Source: Vicugna vicugna
Taxonomy: Eukaryota
Assembly (NCBI GenBank): GCA_013265495.1
Contig: MU058463.1
Coordinates: 4,114,244 to 4,178,243, forward strand
DNA: 64,000 nt
Direction: 5' to 3'
Part shown: piece by piece, positions 53,959 to 64,000 of the stretch
Layout: each line of letters begins with the position of its first letter
How positions within the stretch are numbered: the first letter of the stretch is position 1
Program-made: the position numbers and the translations under genes
Notes under the pieces: model-generated
Told to the model about the DNA's origin: nothing
Seen by the model: the letters and a program-made list of their open reading frames with translations, nothing else
Database searches by the model: none

Positions 53959-55989
53959 TTTTTTTATTTTTTTTTTACATTTTTTATTGATTCATAATCA
54001 TTTTACAGTGTTGTGTCAAATTCCAGTGTTCAGCACAATTTTTCAGTCATTCATGCACATATACACACTCATTGTCACATTTTTTTCTCTGTGATTTATC
54101 ATAACATTTTGTGTATATTTCCCTGTGCTATACAGTGTAATCTTGTTTATCTGTTCTACAATTTTGAAATCCCAGTCTATCCCTTCCCACCCTCTACCCC
54201 CCTGGTAACCACAAGTCTGTATTCTCTGTCCATGAGTCTATTTCTGTCCTGTATTTATGCTTTGTTTTTGTTTGTTTGTTTGTTTTTGTTTTTTAGATTC
54301 CACATATGAGCGATCTCATATGGTATTTTTCTTTCTCTTTCTGGCTTACTTCACTTAGAATGACATTCTCTAGGAGCATCCATGTTGCTGCAAATGGCAT
54401 TATGTTGTCGGTTTTTATGGCTGAGTAGTATTCCATTGTATAAATATACCACATCTTCTTTATCCAGTCACCTGTTGATGGACATTTAGGCTGTTTCCAT
54501 GTTTTGGCTATTGTAAATAGTGCTGCTATGAACATTGGGGTGCAGGTGTCATCCTGAAGTAGATTTCCTTCTGGGTACAAGCCCAGGAGTGGGATTCCTG
54601 GGTCATATGGTAAGTCTATTCCTAGTCTTTTGAGGAATCTCCACACTGTTTTCCATAGTGGCTGCACCAAACTGCATTCCCACCAGCAGTGTAGGAGGGT
54701 TCCCCTTTCTCCACAGCCTCTCCAGCATTTGTCATTTTTGGATTTTTGAATGACGGCCATTCTGACTGGTGTGAGGTGATACCTCATTGTAGTTTTGATT
54801 TGCATTTCTCTGATAATTAGTGATATTGAACATTTTTTCATGTGCTTTTTGATCATTTGTATGTCTTCCTTGGAGAATTGCTTGTTTAGGTCTTCTGCCC
54901 ATTTTTGGATTGGGTTGTTTATTTTTTTCTTATTGAGTCGTATGAGCTGCTTATATATTTTGGAGATCAAGCCTTTGTCGGTTTCACTTGCAAAAATTTT
55001 CTCCCATTCCGTAGGTTTTCTTCTTGTTTTATTTCTGGTTTCCTTTGCTCTGCAGAAGCTTGTAAGTTTCATTAGGTCCCATTTGTTTATTCTTGCTTTT
55101 ATTTCTTCTAGGAGAAAATTTTTGAAATGTATGTCAGATAATGTTTTGCCTATGTTTTCCTCTAGGAGGTTTATTGTATCTTGTCTTATGTTTAAGTCTT
55201 TAATCCATTTTGAGTTGATTTTTGTATATGGTGTAAGGGTGTGTTCTAGCTTCATTGTTTTACATGCTGCTGTCCAGTTTTCCCAACACCATTTGCTGAA
55301 GAGACTGTCTTTATTCCATTGTATATTCTTGCCTCCTTTGTCGAAGATGAGTTGACCAAAAGTTTGTGGGTTCATTTCTGGGCTCTCTATTCTGTTCCAT
55401 TGGTCCATATGTCTGTTTTGGTACCAATACCATGCTGTCTTGATGACTGTAGCTCTATAGTATTGTCTGAAGTCTGGGAGAGTTATTCCTCCAGCCTCTT
55501 TCTTTCTCTTCAGTAATGCTTTAGCAATTCTAGGTCTTTGATGGTTCCATATAAATTTTATTATGATTTGTTCTAGTTCTGTGAAATATGTCCTGGGTAA
55601 TTGGATAGGGATTGCATTAAATCTGTAGATTGCCTTGGGCAGTGTGACCATTTTAACAATATTGATTCTTCCAATCCAAGAGCATGGAATATCTTTCCAT
55701 TTTTTAAAGTCTTCTTTAATTTCCTTCATCAATGGTTTATAGTTTTCTGTGTATAATTCTTTCACCTCCTTGGTTAGATTTATTCCCAGATATTTTATTA
55801 CTTTGGGTGCTATTTTAAAGGGGATTATTTCTTTACTTTCTTTTTCTGTTGATTTATCGTTAGTGTAAAGAAATGCAACTGATTTTTGAACATTAATTTT
55901 GTAACCTGCTACCTTGCTGAATTCTTCAATCAGCTCTAGTAGCTTTTGTGTGGACCTTTTAGGGTTTTCTATATATAGTAACATGTCAT
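53959..55989 (-). mobile_element. Young 5'-truncated LINE-1 with intact ORF2 C-terminal part, 3'UTR, poly(A) and perfect 16-bp TSD
   Basis: 563-aa ORF 54293-55984 with RT C-terminus and [18 protein letters not shown] knuckle; TACTCTTACTTTTATT at 53943-53958 and 55990-56005. Confidence 0.96.
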
Positions 55990-56149
55990 TACTCTTACTT
56001 TTATTAATGCATCTTTTCCTTTATGATATTATTTGGTTTAACTTCTATTTCATCAGCTATTAGAATTATTACCAAAATTTTCTATTTACTCATTTATTTT
56101 CATTTCTATGTATACTTCCCATATAGTTATTTTATATGTATATGTTTGT

Positions 56150-57540
56150 GAAATCGATACAAAAGGATTATTTAAAAACTAGATGAATATGAAAAACAGG
56201 TTAGAAAATTTGGGAGTGTACTTTTCAAGAGCTGGTATTAAACTCTAGACTGGAGACAGAAAATCAGTGAGTTAGAAGATAATATGTAATATAGCAAAGA
56301 GAGACAAAGAGATAAAAATGTGAAAGGGCAGTTAAAAGAAATAGAGGATGAATTGAGAGGAGTGAGATGAATTCCTTAAGACCAAAACAAAGGGATCAGC
56401 AGGAAAAGACTATATGAAGAGACAGGGACTTGTACAGGGACAAGGGATGAATTTGCAAGAGAGGTTGTAACTAAGATTCCTGCAAAAGCAATTCAGTCCT
56501 TTTGAAAACTTTTGAATGGTTGGCCTAGGGAACAGGGCGATGACAGTAAACTAATCTGTCTTAGCTTGAGCTCTGAGTTAAGTGGGAGAAAAAACACTTT
56601 TTGAGAATTCATAATTATGGACCTGCCCTCACACAGGTTGGGGTTTGAATTTATACTCTCATGACTGAAGAATTGAGAAGTTAAGAAATTATTATAAAAA
56701 GCTGTTCAAGGATAGTAATACCCTGCAGCATCTGGCAGAAGCAAGCAAACAAACAAAAAAACCCTCTCTGAGTGAGCCTCAACCAGGTTGCACAGGATTT
56801 CTATAGCTAAAGCTTCACAGAAGATGAGCTCACAATCCAAAATCCAAAAAAAAAAAAAAAATACATAACAAATCAGGATTAGATCCTCAATTATTTAATA
56901 TGGTTAAAATGATTAAAGAAAAAAAGAAAGTATTGAAAACAAGAGGAGAGAACATCAGGAAAGAACTGGCAGATGTGAAATCAAATTTTTAGAAATAAAA
57001 AATACAGGCAGAGACTGACTTAGCAGACTAAATAGAGCTGAAGAAAGAAGTAATGATTTTGAAGACAGATTTGAGGAAATCAGAAAGGTCTCAGTACAGA
57101 AAAAGTAAAAATAAAATAGAGGAAAAATTATGAAATTAAGGGATATGGGAGGCAAACCTCCATGCAGAAAAATTTCAAATAATTATTTAGATAGTCTCAC
57201 CTCAGGGGATAGAGCGTAACTTCCCAACCGTTTAATGTGAGCGGTACTTTGTGACTTCCCTCAAAAGAGTATAGTGAAAAGGGAGGAAAAAAGTAACTTA
57301 CATTAGAGCATCTTGACTTCAACCTCTAATTAATGGTAACATCAACACAGGCAAGTCCTTCGACAGCACATACTCTTGATATGATATGATGAGAATGGTA
57401 CTTTATATATTTGTGGTCTTCCTCTGAAACACCCATAACCTCAGTTTAGTCATGAGACAGACCCCAATTAAGGAATATGCTACAAGATACTGGAACAGTA
57501 CTCCTAAAAACTATACAGGTCATCAAAACAAGGAGTTACA
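56150..57540 (+). mobile_element. Old L1 fragments (ORF1-like and 3'UTR-like)
   Basis: A-rich; agcagactaaatagagctgaagaaagaagtaatgattttgaagacaga resembles the L1 ORF1 coiled-coil region. Confidence 0.55.
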
Positions 57541-57586
57541 AGATGGTGTTTAAGAAACAATTTCAATACAACCTGTCTATCCTGAT

Positions 57587-57812
57587 CAATGGAATGCCAA
57601 GGAGGGGGCGGTAGTGAGAACAGCCCATCTCCAGTGCAGGGGGTACACTGTCTATGGGGAGTTTAAAAACAATAATAAATCTGATTAAATGTTGGTTTGC
57701 TTTTTATAATCACATGCACTGGCAATTCTAAACAGATTCACTAATAAAATATTCTTCCTGCTGGACTAGATTCTCCACAGCCACCCTCTCCCTTCCACTG
57801 GCAATGCCACTG
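57587..57812 (+). mobile_element. hAT-Tip100-type non-autonomous element (Arthur1/MER69-like)
   Basis: Imperfect TIRs CAATGGAATGCCA / TGGCAATGCCACTG; 8-bp TSD ATCCTGAT / ATCTTGAC. Confidence 0.6.
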
Positions 57813-59454
57813 ATCTTGACTAATATAACTGATAAATTTAATTAAATATTGACCGATTTAAAAATAAGGACAGGTTTCTTTTTTCAAAAAGGTGAAATAA
57901 AATCTTTAAATAATAACAAGAGAGGAAAAGGGGGCACTGGATAGGTAAAATGTGCCAAGATCTATCCTTGTCTTCTTCAGGGAGAGGACAGACTGCAACG
58001 AGGAACTTAAAAAGGACTATAATTGGAGTGTGAAATTTTTAATGTGATGTAGTGTATACTGGTTTGTTTGCTAATTTGGTTTAATGTGTTTTGCTGATCA
58101 TTTATTCTGTTAACCTAGCTTTAAATAAAAGGGCCCATATTTGACTTGTTTTTCATCTAATAATTATCATTGCTTGCATTCGAACTTCCTCTTGTCCTTC
58201 ATCATCCAATCACCAAGGGACCTGTTGCATTTCAGGTACATCCACATTATTATGTCTCTGGAGACTTTGTTCAGTTTGACCTGATGATCAGATAGCCAGG
58301 CCTTAACAGAAAACAGTGGCATTTTCTCACATTGAATCTTATTGTACTTTTACACATAGCTTCCTAGCTCAATTTCAGGGGGCAGGGAATGGAGGATTGG
58401 AGGGTTCCCTGGACATCGCTGCCTTCCAGTCTCTTACACAAGGGTCAGATTGTGGAAAAGGCATCTTTGGATGGAAAATTACTTTTTCTTTATTTTTGAT
58501 GGAGGGGTGCTGCATGGTCCAAGTTATGATTTGCATCTAAGTACAGTTCTGATTTTAAGAAAACCCAGTATCCAAACAATCCAAAACAAGCTAACTAGGT
58601 ATCAGTTACACACAAAGATGCCTTGATTTACAAAAGGCTTCACCAAAGGTTTTCTTTTAAATAGCCATCTACTCCTTTACACTTTCCTCATTGTGCTTCA
58701 AAAAGCTATTTACAAATTTCAGGAGTCTACCTATTTTATAAAGGCGATTTTTAAACAGTAATAACTCTGATGACAAAAAAGTTGTTTTTAGGAAAATTGG
58801 AAAAAATAAAGATCTTAAATATAAAAATCACCTGTAATCCCGGCATTAATAGTCACCATTCGGCTGTATAATTCCTCGCAGTTTTTAAAAACACCTTATG
58901 GATACATGATGTACATGAGTACCGTACACCTGCCACGGTCTATACGGTGTGTATTATTAGAGCTGTGCTTTACCCCTCGGGTTACGTGGATAAGGCGTGG
59001 CCATCCGAGGCCCCGCCCACGCGCGGAGGTGTGTCAGCGACAGCTGCTACTGTTTATCCCTGGGCCCGGAACTAGCTACTAAGCTACCGCCGGCTGCGGA
59101 GATGCTGCCGCCTTTTCTCTCGCTGCTCCACCTCCCTAAACTTTCCACTTCCACCAGAGTCCCTTAGGCATCTAGCTGCCTCCAGCCCTCCCACCTTCGG
59201 CTTCAGGACGAAAAACCCCCTAAAAGCCGCAGTCAACTCTCGGGGAGGAAGACGGCCGACACTTCTGGAACCAGGAGGCAAGACCCCCAGCCGCGCGGGG
59301 CTGCGAGCACTCCCGCGTGGGCGTGACCCTCTCCCCTTCACCCCGCACCCTTCCACCGTTCCCCCCGCCCCCGTCCTCCCGGGACGCGCCGCGGCGGACA
59401 CGCGCCCGCCCCCCTCGGGGGAGGCGCGCCGGGGAAGCGCGCGGCCGCGAGCCC

Positions 59455-59796
59455 GGGCGCCATTTTGGGTTGGGTGCCTGGGCTGCGGCGGAAGGGACCT
59501 ACGCGGTGGCGGCAGCTCCCTGAAGGTGCCTCTCGCGGCGACGAGGGGTCCCGGGAGAAGGACGCGGACGGCGCGGGACTGAGAAGGAAAGCTTCTCCCT
59601 GGGCAGCCGGAGCCGCGGACGTGGAGCCGCGTTGGCGCCCGCCGTGGGACCAGCGCCTCGGATGCGGGCGGAGCGCGGGGGGCCGCGGCGGCGGGAGCGC
59701 GAGGCGCGGGGCCTCGGCAGCCTCATGTGAGAGCCGCAGGACCAGCTGCCCCCGGAGCCCGGGGTGGTGTGGGAGGGAAGCCGTCCCCGACAGCAG
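59455..59796 (+). other. FBXL3: FBXL3 non-coding exon 1 (5'UTR; start approximate)
   Basis: Donor CAGCAG|gtaacg at 59796; resembles recalled human FBXL3 5'UTR. Confidence 0.75.
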
Positions 59797-59892
59797 GTAA
59801 CGGCCCGGGGTTGGGGGCTGGAACCCCGCTGTGGAGGCGGCGGGGCGGAGGAGGGTCCTGGACCTTGGCGGGCGGCGGGGCTGGCGGGGCTG

Positions 59893-59947
59893 NNNNNNNN
59901 NNNNNNNNNNNNNNNNNNNNNNNNNNNNNNNNNNNNNNNNNNNNNNN
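59893..59947. other. Assembly gap (55 N)
   Basis: Run of N. Confidence 1.
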
Positions 59948-62900
59948 CTGGCGGGGCTGGCGGGGGCCGCCCCTCGGGGGAGCCGGGCTGGGCGCGGCGC
60001 GGGGCGCCCGGACCGCGGAGCCTGCTCGGGGGCGTTGCCCCGCTGTGCCTGCTTCCAAACATGTCAACAAGGCGTGGAGCGTGCGCGGGGGCCGCGTGCA
60101 GCTTCCCCGCCACACCGCCGCGCCCGGCGTCCCGCTTGGTTACCCTGAGTGCGGGCTGGTGGGGCTCTGCCAGGCTCTTCCCCGTGTCGGCTGGGGCCCT
60201 GCACGTAGCTTGAGTAACCAGGCGCAGACTGCCCAGGGTAGGGCGCAGGGGAAGTGTCAGGGAAAGCCAGTCCGTGGAGGTGGCGCAGGGAGGAGGGGAC
60301 GTCCCGGCCGTGTAGCAAGTGGAAAACTTGGTCAACTTGGATGTGCAGCCTCGCGCCTGTTTTCGGCGAGAGCAGTCCTTTCAGGTGGGGTTGCAGACAA
60401 GGATCAGGTAGCAGGTTATCAAATGACTGGCCTGCATCTTCAAGCTAAGAAATTAGATGACTACTGTTATTTTGCTGGTGATGCCGAATCGAATGGCCCA
60501 GATCTTTTAATTGGAGTCTTTTTTCTAACACCTCTGAAATATTTATACAAATGCCATCGACTCGCACTTAACTACAAATGACTGCTAAACAAATTTTCAC
60601 CACCACCCTCTGCTACCGTCTAGTTCTGAGGGCTAATCTCTTCCCCCGTTTTAGTCTTGTACTCCAGCCAACGAATGCACATTAATTTTGTTACTAGTCA
60701 AAGCAGGACATAAATGGAAAGGAACTGTGATGCCAAAACAGGCTTTTTATAGCTAAATACAAAGAGGCTTTTAAAATGACCACAGCACAGTGTACTAAAA
60801 GTAGTCTTCGACTCTTCATATGGTGACCAAGTTGACTGCTCCTTTCAGAATGTATGGAAATGTGAAGAATTAATTCTGTAGCTCCCTGTGCTGCTCAGTT
60901 AGTCTGGAATCTTTCCTTATTAGTTTGCTTTTTGACGCTTTGTAGGAATATCAGTCCCTCACCAAATGCTTTGAGTGGCCTAAGTTGCGTAGATGATTTG
61001 GGGTCTGGAGAAGTTGCAGTTTGAAGTGAACTGCGGAGAGAGGCCTAGTTTTGGTGCTCTACAAAGTCTCAGAGACGTTTATCGTCCTCTGTACTCCTGT
61101 TCAAATGTAAGAGGTGTCTTCACTTTGACAAAGTAAATGAATAGTCCATTGAAGTAGATTCTTTGCAGACTGGTGGATGCTCTGAAATGTTTACCTTTAT
61201 AGCAGTTTCATGTGTAAATAGATTTAATTAAATACTCTTGAAAACAAGGTAAATTTTTTCATGAATAAATGAGATCATCTTGGAAAAAAAGTTTGACATT
61301 GAAAATGTTTCTTAGGTGCCCACTATGCCCTTCTGTTTTTATGCATAAATAAGGATAATACAGAGACCATTTTTATTGGCGTGTGGTCTTACATTTTTCC
61401 TATTGCTTAATATACTATAATTTTGACATATTAAGGTCGTATATGACAATTTACAGAATTTTGTTCAGTTATTTGTAAACTAGTAAGTACTTAAAATATA
61501 CTTTCCTGATTGTTTGGTCATATATCTAGATCAAGAGATAACCATTCTTCAGTGTTGGATACTTCTTTTTAATATGTCAACTTTTTTCTCCCCTCAACTT
61601 GGAAAGGTTATTGAAATATACTTTATTTAAAACCAGGCTGCAATAGACAAAAGAAAGTGTCTGTTGTTAGGCTCAGCAAAGTATTAGCAAAGATAACTGT
61701 GTGAATAAGACTCATTTTTGTTTATATACTTTATTTCTGGCCATGTACTTTAAAAATGAATCATTACATCTCTAAGTTGAATAGTTCTGGTTTTAGAAGC
61801 CTTTTCTCCAGAAACAGAAGATCTGCATTCTGTAATGAGTAGAAATTATAAAGAGGACTTCATTCTTTTTTCAATAGAATAGTTAGATAGTCAGAAGAGA
61901 AATTAGAAGCTCTAGGTAGCAAACTCTTTGTTCTTTGACCCAAATTTTATATGCTAAAATTAAAGTAAGCCTTCAGGATAAGTTAAAGTAGAAAAAATGG
62001 GTCATAATGACAGTTATCTGAACCCCTAGTAGAACATTTCTAGGAGAGGTTTTTTGGTTTTTTGTTTTGTTTTGTTTTGTTTTGTTTTACATCTAAGATG
62101 ACATTGTAGATTTTATTACCTTTTCTCTAAACACATTTTAAAACATGCATTCTTAGATTCACAGGTAAGTTAGTCTTCCATAAAACTACCTTCTTGCCAT
62201 CACCTTTGTCATTCTGTTTTCTCCCTTCCTCTCCCCCTGCTCAATTGTATATACATCATTTACTTCCCTTAACTCATGGTTGGAAGTAGGAGCATTGGGG
62301 AATAGGCAGTTTATTGCACAGATACTAAGACCTCCTGGGCTGACTTTAATGTTATGAAAGCCAGGGTCCTCTGCCATTTTCCTCCAGCTCGCAGTCCTCC
62401 TTCACAAGTCTTGCTTGCTGCTAGGTAGAGAGTCTGCAGAGACATATTTGGTTAAGAGCCACACATATGTGCAGCATTTGTCCCACGCAGGAATCGATTC
62501 TTACATGCTGATGTGCCAGAAGGGAGTCAGAGCCCCAGGCCATCCTTTTGCAAAGAAAAAAGCTGTAACTGTAAATCAAACCATTCCCTGCCAGAGCTGC
62601 TCTCCAGAGACAAAGTACTGCAGGTTCTAAACCAAGTGCTCTGCAGGTCCTCTGTAGCGCCTGCAATGCTTATTTTTCCAAATCAATCAAAACAAGACTT
62701 TTTTTAATCTGATGATAGTGTAATTCATTGACATTAAAACAAATGTGTAAAATACAGAGAAGCATATCGGCAAAAAAAAAAATTCACCTGTAATTCTACC
62801 ACTGTTATTATCATCCCACTGTTATCATAATACTGTATAATATAATCCCACTATTACAGTTACTATGTTAATGTGGTGCGTCTGTTTCCAGTGTGTGTTT

Positions 62901-63974
62901 CTCATACATAAGCTTGTGTTTTCATACTCACTTTCACACACACTTCCATTTTAAAAGAAAACTAGGATCGTTCTTTGTCTTCTGGTTGGTAACCTGTTTC
63001 TACTGTGTCTTGCACTTGAATGTCTTTAATACTGGACTGCTTTCCTATACCTGAGTTCCACCATCATTGGTATCTCCTTTTAAAAGCCCTAATACTGTTT
63101 AATTCTTCACAAGGGCCTCTGTGTGTTTCTGATAGCCCCATTTTACAAATTGAAGCACAGGAAGTTCAAGTAATTTTAGTTCAGTGCCACATAACTAGTG
63201 AGAGAGCTGGGAATTAAGCCCAGGAAGCTTAATTCCAGAACCCATTCTTTTTAACCACACTACTATTTTGCAACAACAATAACAGAGCTATTCTCAGGCA
63301 AACAAATAGACTGAAGGTAATACAAATACATAGAATAAACACATACCTATCATTCAGAAATACAACTTAGATAAAACATTGCAATAGCAAGTAGTGTGTT
63401 CAAGAAGAAAACACATTCCAGACCAAACTGCACTGGAGGGATGAATTTGCTATTTTAAGCAGAAACTGGGTCTGGCAGTAACAAATGTCACAGGCTACTC
63501 AGTGTAGAAGTATCTATTGGCTACTTAATTCTGATCCTTTCTGGAGGTTCCTGGTTATCTTCCTGTCTTGAATTCAGGAACTCAAATATAAGTAGGCATC
63601 CTTGATGATTTTTAAGAAATCTTGAGAGTCACTGTAGGTTCTCTTTTATATTCTTTTTAGTTGACAACAATTTTTGAAATACAAACTCTTGGTTTAGTTT
63701 CAAAATTATGATAAACTTCTTTCCCAAGTAATACAGTACAAATACAAATATTTAAAAACACCTGCCCAAGATTAAGTTAGTAAAACGACAGTTGGTCTCT
63801 AGTGGCATTTTTCATTATATATTTTTTTGATAGTCTTGAATTAGTGGTCTAGTTCTGCCTGCATGTTTGTGTTTGCCTTTATAAATACATATATATACAT
63901 ATCACAGTGAACTTTGGATTTATTTCTGTTGAAAAGTTAAATATGAAAAAAAATGATGCATTTTTCTGCATAGG

Positions 63975-64000
63975 ATGAAACGAGGAATAGGAAGAGATAG
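63975..64000 (+). CDS. FBXL3: FBXL3 start of CDS (MKRGIGRD..., truncated by window end)
   Basis: tttttctgcatag|G ATG AAA CGA GGA; human N-terminus recalled as MKRGGRDS; FBXL3 follows MYCBP2 in the same orientation in mammals. Confidence 0.85.

Larger units (their letters stand above)
58960..60380. promoter_or_regulatory. CpG island / promoter of FBXL3
   Basis: Abrupt GC and CpG enrichment; GC box gccccgccc at ~59010; YY1-type CGCCATTTT at 59458-59466. Confidence 0.9.

Noticed and set aside
54795..55516. 186-aa and 65-aa hydrophobic + strand ORFs
   Set aside because: Antisense frames of L1 ORF2
59084..60581. Long Gly/Ala/Arg/Pro-rich ORFs in the CpG island
   Set aside because: Stop-codon depletion from high GC in all frames; several cross the N gap
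1..64000. CRISPR arrays, operons or prokaryotic defence systems
   Set aside because: Sequence is spliced mammalian DNA; no repeat-spacer array or bacterial gene architecture seen

Overview
Mammalian genomic DNA, probably camelid (inferred from a tRNA-Ala-type SINE resembling camelid vic-1). The + strand carries the last 28 coding exons of MYCBP2 (PAM/Phr1 E3 ligase), 2588-44165. I joined them by hand at GT-AG junctions into one open frame covering a Ser-rich region, DOC domain, B-box, RING and tandem-cysteine (RCR) module. A 3'UTR with AATAAA at 44839 follows. A repeat-rich intergenic stretch of about 14 kb contains a young 5'-truncated L1, a SINE, MaLR/ERVL LTRs and hAT elements. Then come the CpG island, non-coding exon 1, intron 1 and first codons of FBXL3. 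I found no evidence of a wholly new biological system. The best leads are regulatory: a candidate 14-nt MYCBP2 microexon, tandem splice sites, an antisense CCAAT-rich solo LTR, an FBXL3 uORF ending in ATG-TGA, and two perfect inverted repeats. Gene and repeat-family names come from recalled sequences, not database searches.
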